Positions 29,733-42,371 of a DNA stretch of 64,000 bases are shown piece by piece. The DNA lies in assembly GCA_964016885.1 (NCBI GenBank), contig OZ024751.1:25668001-25732000 (forward strand), read 5' to 3'. Position 1 is the stretch's first letter. The number at the start of each line of letters is the position of its first letter. The notes beneath the pieces are model-generated. The model searched no databases and was not told the origin of the DNA. It worked only from the letters and a program-made list of their open reading frames with translations. Both the position numbers and the translations under genes were made by a program. The stretch is from Eledone cirrhosa (Eukaryota).

Positions 29733-29777
29733 TTCTACAGGACTAGAACTGTTTCATTCGGGGGAAATCATCAGGAA
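29733..29777 (-). ncRNA. Type I hammerhead ribozyme (family A) in a TA-flanked fragment at 29716-29778
   Basis: UUC-CUGAUGA-UUUCccccGAAU-GAAA-CAGuucuagucCUG-UA-GAA. Confidence 0.75.
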
Positions 29778-29827
29778 TATATATATATATATATATGTAT
29801 ATATTTATATATATAATACTATATATA

Positions 29828-29878
<51 letters not shown>

Positions 29879-30359
29879 AAATATGATAATAATGGAGCTG
29901 CGGCGTTGCAAATGGGTTACATATGAAAAAGTTTGTCCTCATCAGTGGCCTTCCAACCGTCGTAGGCATTTCGTCGCTTTAAAGGCCATATACCTCAGGT
30001 TGGTGCGAGCAACGGCTAAAAAAAGTCGTTGGGACACGTAAATAAAGGGGACGCTAGGGTAAACAAACAAAATGGTTTAAGCAACAGAAAGTGATGAAGA
30101 AGAAAGAAACAAGTCCCAGATTTCTATGAATATAAATTCGGTGGAATCGTGAACGAGAGAATAAAGACCATCAAACCTGGTTGAAATGTGAGCAAGGAAG
30201 GAATTTCGCACAGGTCTAACGGGAGGAAGCTCGCGCGCACTTGGCCAAGCCGGTATGAATTTTTTTTTCTCTCTCTCTCGTCTGCGACTTCACAGAACTT
30301 ATGTTTACCGAATTCGCAGACCCGACCCCTTCTTCCTCCCGAGAGATATGGGAATTTTG

Positions 30360-30725
30360 AATGATACAAATATGCTAGATAAGAAAGTTGAAAGAGAAAG
30401 AAAAAGTTGGAAAAAACAATGTTATAAAAATGAAAACAGAAAAGACAAAGCTCGACTGCATCGGTTTTGATAGCAGAAAGGATGAAACTAAAACAGCAAG
30501 AGGGATGGAAATTGAAGAGCACTATGTTATTGTGAAAGTGACCGATGATGAGTATTTAGATCAGGTTTCCCCATATAATGGAACAGTTCGTTGCATTAAA
30601 GAAGTAATTGATTCTGACAATCAATAAAGTTTATTAAAGGCTGTATTATGTGATGGCACTCCAGTAAACACTGGTCATCTAGGAGGGGTTATTAAAATGA
30701 TTGAGTAATACTTAAATAAACCATA
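30360..30725 (+). pseudogene. DNA transposase fragment (hAT-superfamily-like, tentatively hATm type)
   Basis: CIGFDSRKDET...EEHY...*...AVLCDGTPVNTGHLGGVIKMIE*YLNKP resembles FDGRKD / CDGTxVNTG transposase motifs; in-frame stops. Confidence 0.55.
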
Positions 30726-30814
30726 GTATTTTCTTAAGTACACATCGGGTGAATAGCTTCATTTACATATTGAATGAATATATATGTCTTTGAGTGTGTG
30801 TGTTTGTGTGTGTA

Positions 30815-30846
<32 letters not shown>

Positions 30847-32379
30847 CACATTTATTAATTCATGGTCCATGGATTTATAGTAAAAAAATATATTTTATAT
30901 AATACTTCCTAGAGAGACAACATTCTTTAATCCTCAATTTTCATTAATTTGTATAATTCTGTTTTTTCGGGTTTTTAGCAATTTTCCTATTAATTCCCCC
31001 TTCTGCTTGGTTCACGACATCACCCTTCAAATAAGTAAAGTGTATCCATTATTGAAATGGCAACGAGGCTTAGAGTTCTAACAAGAATTATTGATTTCTT
31101 AAGAGTTGCACATGGAATTGTTAGCCATGGACACAGTTGAATGGTTCCACTCAACACCGTGACATGAATGTTTATAATTTACAGATGATTAAATTCAATT
31201 TACAACATGGCGGCTCTCCAGTGAATTATTGTTCACTTTGTTATATCGTCAATTCGATATGAAAGAAAGAAAGTTAAAATATGAAGAAAGAAAGAAAGAA
31301 AGTAACAATTCGATAAAAAAGAAAGAAAGATAGATAGATAGATAGAATGAAAGAAAGAATGAAAGAAAGAAAGAAAGAAAAAAGAAAGACTAAAATAAAA
31401 ATTAAACTATAATACGAAAGAAAAGTTTAAAAATTAAAACTAAAACAAACAAACATCACTAAGATATTGTATGTAAAACATGAAGATGAAGAGAAAATAT
31501 CGAATATTAATTAAAGAGATATGTGGAAATGAGAGGTGGTTCTTGAAAGAATTATCAGTTTATTAAATTACTGAAGCGGCCAGAAATCTGTTAATAATGT
31601 GTCTAATATTTAAACCAGTATCAAATCTTGAATCTATAATTTCACCAGGTCAGTGTTAATTCCGATTTCACGTGGTGTTAAGTAACTTCTCAGGGATGGA
31701 CGTCAGTTTTGTAATTATCATTATATTATTGTAATTATCATTATATTACTGGGGGCTATCTAGAAATCACAGAGTGTTGGTTATGGTATATGTCTCAGGA
31801 CCGCGAGGTCATAGTTTCGATTCTTAGATATGTATTTAAGTATTTAAATTCTTGTTGCTCATGTTTGCTCAAGAGAAAATGAATCCCATAAACAGAAGCA
31901 GCAGCTGACAACTAACTTTGTGACTGACATTGTGTGTAAGGGTGTACTCTCAACCATTGAAAGTCACGTGGGATCACATTGAGATCCTCATGATATACTA
32001 AGATCAAGAAATACTTTAAGACACTATGTAAGAGTGCTGAGTTAGCGTTATAGTGCTGCAAATGTTAAAGGCAGAAATTAAAATTGAATATTTGAAGTTC
32101 AGCTACACAGTTATAAATTCCTAAATTTTCTATATAATCAAATCTAAAACCAATCATACGATATACCTAGGTATCACACTGAACAATATTAGAGCTGTTC
32201 AACGTATTATATATTTCATACAATATACCTTGGTGTCACACTACACAATACTTGAGCTAGACTACGTCTGGTTACTAAACATTTGTGACCGCTGTAATAC
32301 GGTAGAAGTGTAGTTGTTTGTTATAAAGCGTAAGCAACAAATATATATAGAGAGAGAAATACACAGAGATAGAGAAATG

Positions 32380-32415
<36 letters not shown>

Positions 32416-32586
32416 ATACAACTAATACATGCCGACTATATATGCTCACTCCACTTTTCCCTTCACTGCTCTGTATACACACATACACACCCTTATATTA
32501 ACATACTTTTGCTCGTACTTACATGCACACACACTCTTTTACTCACATATACACACACATTTCTTCATAGCTTCGTACGGACGTAT

Positions 32587-32671
<85 letters not shown>

Positions 32672-32691
32672 TACATACATACATACATACC

Positions 32692-33046
32692 CACTTGATG
32701 TAAACGTTGTCAGAAAAATACAGGAGAAGGAGGACATCTACGGACCATTGATAAGGAGTTTACAAATCCAGTATCCAAGATACACCTTTAGCTTCATACC
32801 CATCATTATTGGTGCTACGGGTTATATACCAACCCGCTTGGACCAAAGTATGACTGAACTTGGATTTGCGGACAAAAAGCGCAGCTCCCTAATTCATAGT
32901 CTACAAATGGCTGCGATAGCTGGCACCTTCAAAATTTGCAAAACATTCTTGCGATTCAAGGGATGACAATTTCTTTTCTTTTACAACCTTGCCACCAGGA
33001 AGGTGGCCGGTCAAAAAATATACTCAAAATTAAGAGAAAGAGAAAA
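32692..33046 (+). mobile_element. 5'-truncated RLE-type non-LTR retrotransposon end inserted in (ACAT)n
   Basis: DVNVVRKIQEKEDIYGPLIRSLQIQYPRYTFSFIPIIIGATGY...GTFKICKTFLRFKG*; (ACAT)n on both sides. Confidence 0.7.
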
Positions 33047-33365
33047 CATACATACATACATACATACATACATACATACATACATACATACATACATACA
33101 TACATACATACATACATACATACATACATACATACATACATACGCACGCGCGCAAGTATAGTTCTTTTTACAGAACGGTTTTTTCCATTTCAGGTAGACG
33201 CGCTCCATCATCCATTTTTCTAAAGAAATAAATCATACACAAAACGCCAGCACCAACAGTTTTGCAATATATGTCAACATGAAAGGACCTGTTATTTTTA
33301 TCTAAAGACATTTTTTTCCAATTACATCCCGCCCGTCCCCTAAATCTAACTTATTTCGCATTCTT

Positions 33366-33401
33366 TCTTCTGATGAAGGACTAGCGTCCGAAACGTTAAG
33401 A
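33366..33401 (+). ncRNA. Minimal type I hammerhead ribozyme (family E)
   Basis: UCUU-CUGAUGA-A-GGACuagcGUCC-GAAA-CGUU-AAGA; stem III is only the AACGUU palindrome (dimer-type). Decayed relative at about 61421-61490. Confidence 0.8.
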
Positions 33402-33485
33402 CCCTCTTCCTACTATATCAAGCGTTAACCTAATATATCCCTTCCATATACTGTACCGATTGTGTTGTTATTTCTGTTTACCTTT

Positions 33486-33517
<32 letters not shown>

Positions 33518-33783
33518 GTAATACCATAAAGGTGGTTTTGTCTTCGCGTGTAGTTGTTTTCACTGCACCAAATAATGACGTATTATCTTCGTTTTTTTCC
33601 GTTCTTTGCCAGGGAACGTTTCCACGAACCAGAGTATCGTCTTCCTGTCTTCCTTCGGTTGCAACGTTTTTTGAAATATTTACTTCTGCGTTCACAGATT
33701 GACTTTTTTAGTTTCAGAAGATCCCGTTAAGGGTGAAAGCAGCGATTCTTTGCTTAAACTTTAATCTGTTATTTTAATAAATA
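33518..33783 (+). mobile_element. Family C Penelope-like terminal fragment between (TA)n tracts
   Basis: Matches the reverse complement of about 53570-53715 over its 3' part. Confidence 0.75.
33710..33760 (+). ncRNA. Hammerhead-fold RNA with variant CAGAAGA core (family C)
   Basis: AGUUU-CAGAAGA-UCCCguuaaGGGU-GAAA-GCAgcgauucuuUGC-UU-AAACU. Confidence 0.6.
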
Positions 33784-34870
33784 AATATATATATATACGA
33801 TATATTAACAATATATATATATATATAGTGTGTGTGTGTGTGTGAATTGTGGTTCATTGTTCTTCATCTTCTTGGTTATATAATTTTAACAAAAAGAATC
33901 CTTTCCTCCTTATTGTACATATAAAGTCTTATCAATGGTAAAATTCTTTTTTTTTTTTTCTTCTCATTTTGAAACTTGCTCCTTGCTTTTTCTTACATTA
34001 ATTCCTTCTTTCATATCTCCTTGATATAATAATGGATCAAAGATTCCAAGATGGTGAATATTGAAAGTTGAAATAAAAGCTATTGCTTCTTCAGAACCAC
34101 ATTGGAAAACAATTCCAACCAGAAATAATTAGTTCAGTCATGTGTGCTTCAAAATGGCTTCTCATAAAAAACAACAGAACATAACATAACTGATCAACAA
34201 CAGCAACAATAGCTACAACAATATATTATAACATAACAGTAAAATCAACAATACTAACTGTAAAACGTATTTTTACCGACAATGTGGATATAAATGTGAA
34301 TGTATCTATGTTGTGTGTGTGTGTGTATGTTGTGTAATATGTGGTGTTTGTGTGTGTGTGTATATTTGAGTATGTGTCTGTATGTGTATGTGTGAGTATG
34401 TGTGAGTGAGTGTGTCAGTGTGTGTGTGTGTGTATGTATATGTGAGTATGTGTGTATTTATGTGTCAGTGTGTATGCGTGTGTGTGTGTGTATGTGTATG
34501 TATGTCAGTCTGTGTGTGTGTATATATGTGTGTATGTGTGTGTGTCAGTATGCATGTGTGTGTATGTGTGTGTATGAGTATGTGTTTCAGTATGCATGTG
34601 TGTGTATGTGTGTGTATGAGTATGTGTGTCAGTCTGTGTGTGCGTATGTGTATGTATGAGTAAGTGTGTCAGTCTGTGTGTGTGTATGTGTGTGTATGAG
34701 TATGTGTGTCAGTCTGTGTGTGTGTATGTGTGTATGTGTGTCAGTGTATGTGTGTATTTGTTATCAATTCCATTGCTAAATATTTCTCAGGTTCTCTCTC
34801 TAATTTCTATTCGTTCATAAAACGTATTTTATACATACATATACATGCTTAAACACACACACACAGACAC

Positions 34871-35024
<154 letters not shown>

Positions 35025-35440
35025 ATAGTCGAATGCGTACATACATATATAAATATATATATATATATATGTGTGCGTGTGTGTGTGTGTATGTGTGTGT
35101 GTATGTGTATGTGTGTGTGCATAGTGCGGGTAGAATTCTCGAGATAAATACATATATATATATATATACACAGACCTAGGAACACAATATTGTTTACCGG
35201 GGAAATAGAAAATAATATTTGAAAACAGCTTAATGCCTGCATAGTTTTCTGATTATATTCCGAATATTCTTTTTCTAAAATTCAATGCGATTCGGAGAGA
35301 AAGGCCATTTTGTTAAGTATCACATTAATTCTCGAAATACTTCAATTTGTAAGAACTAAAAGATATGACATTTCTTGTGGATGTGTGCATTTGTGTGTGT
35401 ATAGGTGTATGCGAATATATATATATATATATAGTCCGCA

Positions 35441-35470
<30 letters not shown>

Positions 35471-35473
<3 letters not shown>

Positions 35474-35598
35474 CATATGTTGATGCCCTAAGGACAGACA
35501 CTGGTCTGTTGGAGACGCAGGACATGGCAGCGATAATGAGGGACAGAGACCGCTGGAGAGAACTCGTCCATGGATCTCGGGAATTTTACCCGCCCTAG
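35471..35598 (+). mobile_element. RTE/RTE-X LINE extreme 3' end inside (TA)n
   Basis: TYVDALRTDTGLLETQDMAAIMRDRDRWRELV...* is a typical RTE C-terminal pattern. Confidence 0.65.
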
Positions 35599-35690
<92 letters not shown>

Positions 35691-36288
35691 ATATACATAC
35701 TCCACCAATATGCCAAAATAGAACATAGGAGCACATTAGAGAACATAGAGATAAAAATGATATCCACACACAGAAAAGATGCAATGTTCTGACAAATCAC
35801 AGAGGCAACAAATATAAACGAACTCCAACTAAAATTAAACAGAAAACATGAGTGGAATAGCAACATCACAACTAGTAATTAAGGACAACATGAAGACATA
35901 CAGACACACACAAAAACCAAATTAACAAAGCAAATCAGACACACACAGATAGAACAAACAAGCAGCTAGTGACAAATTTAATAAACTTATAAATAAATTT
36001 CATAAACCCACACACACACACACACCCGGATGTAACGTATGCGCAAACTAAACACACAACGCACAACGCACAAAAACAAAATGGTATAGGACAGAACAAA
36101 TGAGAGATATACAAAATAAAAACCAAGTCATTGAGGAGGTCACAGAATGTGTGACAAAAGAGCTTTCACAATATATAAACAACTTTCCGGTTGTCGAATC
36201 AACCAACCGGAAATTTATAATAAATTGAAGTAAAAACAACAGGTGTGTGTGTTTTTTTATTGGCAAAATTACAATCCCAAAGTATAAC

Positions 36289-36327
<39 letters not shown>

Positions 36328-36329
36328 AT

Positions 36330-36512
36330 ATAGGAAAAAGTATGACCCCGACGGCAGAGCTCAAGCCGTTTCAACGGCTATTTCTGGACTCGAAACGGCT
36401 TGAGCTGTGCCGTCGGGGTCATACTTTTTCCTATTTCCCATTCTACTACCCTAAGTATTGAGTACTCTGGTGCGTTATGATCCATCTGGTTCCTTACCAC
36501 AATTCCTTTGTT
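36330..36512 (+). mobile_element. Family B fold-back element in (TA)n
   Basis: Arms 36330-36372 and 36392-36434; homologous to the copies at 60943, 62378, 62911 and 63706. Confidence 0.8.
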
Positions 36513-36666
36513 ATATATATATAATGAATCTTTAAAGATGTACAAAATATTGATGTAAGCGAAGCTTGCTTTCTTTTACGTTTTTAGATACATTTCTTGA
36601 GTTGTTCTTTCGTTAAAAGTCCTGCATGCTGTTTTTCATTCGCATGGTTTCCGTCCTTGCTTTCAG

Positions 36667-36711
36667 AAAATCTGCAAGACAGCAACCCGCCTGAGGAAGA
36701 AGCACCTTCAG
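36667..36711 (+). CDS. Candidate 45-nt symmetric internal exon of an unidentified host gene
   Basis: Pyrimidine-rich acceptor ccttgctttcAG, open phase-1 frame NLQDSNPPEEEAPS, donor CAG|GTGAG; no homology recognised. Confidence 0.3.
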
Positions 36712-36949
36712 GTGAGGTGACTATTATAGTGAGTGTCGGTGGTTGTTCTTCGTGGCACTGACTTCACTAATCTATCTAACCTTATCACCATTCAGACTAG
36801 GATGAGGAGTCTGTCACCCCTCCCTCCCTCTTTCCCTCTCCTTCCTTGCTTATTCCTCTTTTACTTTTTCTTCTTTCCCTTTCCTTTTGAATTGTTTTAT
36901 TTAAATATTATTTTGTCTAACGTTACAATTTTATTAATTAAATTACCCA

Positions 36950-38196
36950 GTGGATTTGTAGAATCGGTAGAGCATCGTACATCATGGTACATCATGCTTC
37001 GCAGCATATAGTTACGGCCCTTTACGTTGGGAGTTGAAATCCCGTCGAGGTTAGCTATCCCTTTCATCTTCACAGAGTCGCTAAAATAAAGTACCAGTAA
37101 CGCACTGGGGTTGGTTTAATCGACTATCCTGTCTTTCTCCCTTAATTGCTGGCCTTGTGTCTATAGTAGAAACCATTTATTAAACCACCCCTGACTAATC
37201 TCTGCTTCCGTTTCTCTAGGCTGACCTCCCCCCCCCCCCCCACTTATAGATGAATTATTGTTATTTCATTTGATATATATATCTACTATGGATTCCTCTC
37301 TTGCCTACCAATCTCCCCCAACTCCTCCCATCACTAAATCTCCTCTCTTGAGATATGAAATTGCTCCCCTAGGAACCAAGTGATAATCACTGCTCTAAGT
37401 GAAACAATTAATTAATCATTGAATTGGCAGTATCGGTAGAAGGTTGGACGCCATGCTTTCTAGCAAAGTTACGTCCCTTTACAGTCTGAGTTCAAATCCC
37501 GTCGAGGTTAACTTTGCCTTTCATCCTTACGAGGTCGATAAAATAAAGTACCAGTAATGTACTGGGTAATTGCTGGCCTTGTGCCTAAAGTAGAAACAAT
37601 TATAATAGAATTCAGAGCTTGAAATGTTTGAATGCCATTTGTAGTGTTCAGTGAGCGAATTTTCAAAAGAAGGATGAAGACAAAAGAAAAACACGTTATA
37701 AATATCTTTTTTAATACAACAGTAATTCTTAAATGTCTTTTTAATCAGTATTTCTACCTGATTGCTACTGCTTAAAGATACAAGCCCCGTGGATGTGAAA
37801 GAACATTCTCTGACGTGCTGAACCCCAGCAGCCTCGTATTCATAGAGGAGAAAGCGTTGCACTGGGGGACAGCGAGGAAAGCGTATTGAAAGTATCAGTA
37901 TGCTATGACTGAGTTATTTATGTATATTAGGATGCTGTGTATTTTTATGAGAAAAAAACAGGCGGACGGAAAAGAAGCAATTTATTGTGATTCGTGAGGG
38001 TGGTGAGTTGGCAGTATCGTTAGAGCATCGGACATGTTTTGTGGTATATAGTTACGGCCCTTTACATTCTGAGTTCAAATCACGCCTTTCATCCTTCCGG
38101 GGTTGATAAAATAAAGTACCAGTAATACACTGGTTTCATGAGCTTTCCCCTTTCCGTCACATTGCTGGCCTTGTGCCAAAACTAGAAACAAATATT
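36950..38196 (+). mobile_element. Three SINE family 1 copies (36950-37180, 37421-37603, 37997-38196)
   Basis: Consensus matches; intervening sequence is not SINE. Confidence 0.8.
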
Positions 38197-38246
38197 GCCG
38201 ATGTTCTTCTTGTTGTTATTGAAGTTGTTGAGGTTGTTGATGCTGC

Positions 38247-38286
<40 letters not shown>

Positions 38287-38400
38287 AAAGCTATTGTTGT
38301 TGTTGCTGTAGCTGCAGTAGTTGTTTGACTTTGGAGGTGTTGTTGGTATTGTTGTTGGTGCTGAAATTGTAGTCACTGTTTTTTGTTACTGCTGCTGTGT

Positions 38401-38473
<73 letters not shown>

Positions 38474-39029
38474 TGTAGTAGTAGTGGTTGTAGTAGTGGT
38501 AGTAGTAGTAGTAGGATGGTGGTGGTGATGGTAGTAGTAGTAGTAGTAGTAGTGGTAGTAGTGGTAGTAGTGGTAGTAGTGGTAGTAGTAGTAGTAGTAG
38601 TAGTAGTTGTCGTTCGCTGCCTGTCTGTCAACCCATTGACATGTCCTCTCACCTATAAAACATTAAAGGTGTTATCATCAAATCAACATCATTTTCACAC
38701 CACATTTAACTCTACTGCACAAACCATCCTTTCTGCTAATTTATTGTCTTGGAATATTTTTACGTCTCCAAGATAAGAACTATGAACGATACAAACAAAC
38801 AAACAAACAAACAAACAAACAAACAAACAAACAAATAAATGAATGAATGAAATAGACAAACTAAAAACACTATTACCTTTGTCTCTATTTTTCCGCGGCT
38901 CTTTTTCTTTATATTTTCTCTCGTTAACTCTTCTCTCTCTGTGATTCTCTATCTCTAATTCTTCTCTGTTTCTTGCTCTCTACATCTCTCTATCTATATT
39001 TCCCCCCTCTTTCTTTCTCTCTCTTCCTC

Positions 39030-39951
39030 CATCTTTCTCCATCTATCTATCTATCTCTATCTCTCCCTCTTTATCTGTCTATCTCAGTTTTTCTCCATCT
39101 ATCTCTCTCTCCCTCTTTATCTGTCTATCTCAGTTTTTCTCCATCTATCTCTCTCTCTCCCTCTTTCTCTGTTTATCTCAGTTTTTCTCCATCTATCTCT
39201 CTCTCTCTCCTTCTTTCTCTGTCTATCTCAGTTTTTCTCCATCTATCTCTCTCTCTCTCTCCCTCTTTCTCTGTTTATCTCAGTTTTTCTCCATCTATCT
39301 ATCTCTCTCTCCTTCTTTCTCTGTCTATCTCAGTTTTTCTCCATCTATCTCTCTCTCTCCTTCTTTCTCTGTCTATCTCAGTTTTTCTCCATCTATCTCT
39401 CTCTCTCCTTCTTTCTCTGTCTATCTCAGTTTTTCTCCATCTATCTCTCTCTCTCCTTCTTTCTCTGTCTATCTCAGTTTTTCTCCATCTATCTCTCTCT
39501 CTCCCTCTTTATCTGTTTATCTCAGTTTTTCTCCATCTATCTCTCTCTCCTTCTTTCTCTGTCTATCTCAGTTTTTCTCCATCTATCTCTCTCTCTCCTT
39601 CTTTCTCTGTCTATCTCAGTTTTTCTCCATCTATCTCTCTCTCTCCCTCTTTATCTGTCTATCTCAGTTTTTCTCCATCTATCTCTCTCTCTCCTTCTTT
39701 CTCTGTCTATCTCAGTTTTTCTCCATCTCTCTCTCTCTCTCTCTCTCACTCTCTCTCTCTCCCTCTTTCTCTGTCTATCTCAGTTTTTCTCCATCTATCT
39801 CTCTCTCTCTCTCTCTCCCTCTTTCTCTGTTTATCTCAGTTTTTCTCCATCTATCTATCTCTCTCTCCTTCTTTCTCTGTCTATCTAAGTTTTTCTCCAT
39901 CTATCTCTCTCTCTCCCTCTTTCTCTGTCTATCTCAGTTTTTCTCCATCTA

Positions 39952-39995
<44 letters not shown>

Positions 39996-40240
39996 TCTTT
40001 CTCTGTTTATCTCAGTTTTTCTCCATCTATCTCTCTCTCTCTCTCCCTCTTTATCTGTCTATCTCAGTTTTTCTTCATCTATCTCTCTCTCTCTCTCTCT
40101 CTCCTTCTTTCTCTGTCTATCTCAGTTTTTCTCCATCTATCTCTCTCTCTCCTTCTTTCTCTGTCTATCTCAGTTTTTCTCCATCTATCTCTCTCTCTCT
40201 CCTTCTTTCTCTGTCTATCTCTGTTTATCTCAGTTTTTCT
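39030..40240. repeat. About 45-bp pyrimidine-rich minisatellite with variable internal (CT)n
   Basis: Repeated ctctgtctatctcagtttttctccatctat; explains the 477-aa ORF. Confidence 0.93.
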
Positions 40241-40562
40241 CCCTTTCTCTAACTTTCTTCACTCCACCTCAGTCTCTCAATTGCTCAGCTTCGATCTCTC
40301 TTTCGCCCCTCTCTCCCAATTTTTCTTTCTTTCTCCTTCTCTCTGTCTCTCCTTCTATAAGATTCCTTGTCCTCGTCTTGCTATATTTCACTCTACTGTT
40401 TTATAAGTCTCTGCGTCCCTAACATTCTCTCACACACTCACACACTTACACACACTCACACACACACACTTACACAGTCATACACATCTTTACACACACA
40501 CACTCACACACACACTCACACACACACACTTACGCAGTCATACACATCTTTACACACACACT

Positions 40563-40618
<56 letters not shown>

Positions 40619-40682
40619 AATATTCTAAAGGTCACATTGAATTCAGACAACGTTATCAGCCCCATCACAAGCAGGTAGAATA

Positions 40683-40722
<40 letters not shown>

Positions 40723-41539
40723 CATATTAGTTTAACAATGATAACAAAGGCAAGTTATTTTCATATTTCATTCATTGTTTTACGAACGTTTCGGAGGGGT
40801 GATAATATTGATATATTGACTGATCTATAGCAATTCAAGAACTATCAAACATAATATATGGGTTCGATCATACCGCCTTTTTGGGGAGAAACAATGAAGT
40901 TAGAATCTTTATTGTTAGTATATAAAAAGGGTAGATATAAGAATAGATATAACAAACAAATATATATTCCAGATTCCCTCTAGGACCCTGTTCCCACCAT
41001 CATTAGAGAAGAAGAAGAAGAAGAAGAAGAAGAAGAAGAAGAAGATCCTAAAAGTTGTGCTAGGGGTTATAAATCGAGTGAGAAATGAAAGAAGGAAGTA
41101 GATAAGTTGTAGATAACTTGTGGTATTTGATTTATAGTATTTAGGCTGGGAGTAGCAGATAAGATAGTTTAGATTAGTATAGTAAATTGAGTGATGTTAA
41201 ACATTTCGTTGATAATAAACAAATCGATTTTTACATAGGTGTTATAATTTGGAAAGAGGGAAATTATTTTATTATTATACAAGTTTATTTGATTAATTCA
41301 TAAATTATTGCATTTCTAACTTGTGAAACTAATATTTGATAAAAACCCAATTTTGAAGGCAAACCTTGTTTCTTAATCCAGGTTATATATGTATACATAA
41401 AAACATATATGGTAAGAAAAGATTATTAACTCAACGAAACACGGAACCATTTTCTGGATCTCACTGAACTACTTGCTAACGGATTACATTGAGTTCTAAC
41501 TACGGTGTAGACCCTACCACAAAAGATAGACCACGTTGA

Positions 41540-41628
<89 letters not shown>

Positions 41629-41721
41629 TAGAACATTGGAAGGTAATATCCGTAGTGGTAGAGCACTCAGTCCAAGGGACGAGTTAGGTAGAAGTGGTTA
41701 CACAACAGTTAGTTCACCATA

Positions 41722-41761
41722 CCGAGAACAATTGTTTCACCTTAGCGGATCTTCAGCTCGG
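41722..41761 (-). ncRNA. Minimal type I hammerhead ribozyme of the Penelope-like element
   Basis: CCGAG-CUGAAGA-UCCgcuaaGGU-GAAA-CAAUUG-UU-CUCGG; palindromic ACAAUUGU stem III. Confidence 0.85.
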
Positions 41762-41936
41762 GATGTGTATGGTTATAGGAACAGGAAGGACAACCGTACG
41801 AACGCGCATGCGCAGAAACTCGGTCATTTCACACAGGCAATACTAGACTGCGTGCGAGAGGTGTAAGGGAGATAACTGCGAAAGTCCGGAAAGTTTTTAG
41901 GTTGAAAATAAAATTAAAATTAAATTAAAAATAAAA

Positions 41937-42371
41937 TTACAAAGAATCATCCGTAGCCTTGTAGTTATGCAATAGGTGTTTGGTGACGTGTGGACAACGT
42001 GTGAAAAATTCACTTCTCATATTTAGGCAATCACTATTGCGTAATCTCTTTAGGATAGTTATTCGTTCGTCAATACATAAGCCACACGTCGGATTTCCCC
42101 TTGCGTATGGCTTGGACTTAGTGATGGCTTTCCATTGAATGGAGTAGCCTATACTTGAGTCCTTGAGGGACCATAAGTGGCTCGCGAGTTTCGTGGATGA
42201 ACCTCTGTCCGGGTATCTGAAGGTAGACTGGTGGTTCAGGAAACGCTCCTTGAATCGGCCCTCTGCCATGCCCACATAGGATTTGACCTCCTGTGGTTCG
42301 TTTGGTCGGTTGGAAGTGACCACAGCTTCATAGATTACAGCTGGTGTGTTGCATTGCTGTTGAAGGGGGAA
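41937..42371 (-). pseudogene. Penelope-like GIY-YIG endonuclease domain (open frame, N-terminally truncated)
   Basis: FPLQQQCNTPAVIYEAVVTS...SYVGMAEGRFKERFLNH...LASHLWSLK...CGLCIDE...LNMRSE...CPH. Confidence 0.85.

Noticed and set aside
29915-30000. Minus-strand CTGATGAGGAC with nearby GACGAAA
   Set aside because: The stem II strands are not complementary in any hammerhead topology. CTGANGA hits near 4109, 13050, 14415 and 60732 likewise lack a paired GAAA module.
38973-40406. 477-aa ORF
   Set aside because: Pyrimidine-rich minisatellite.
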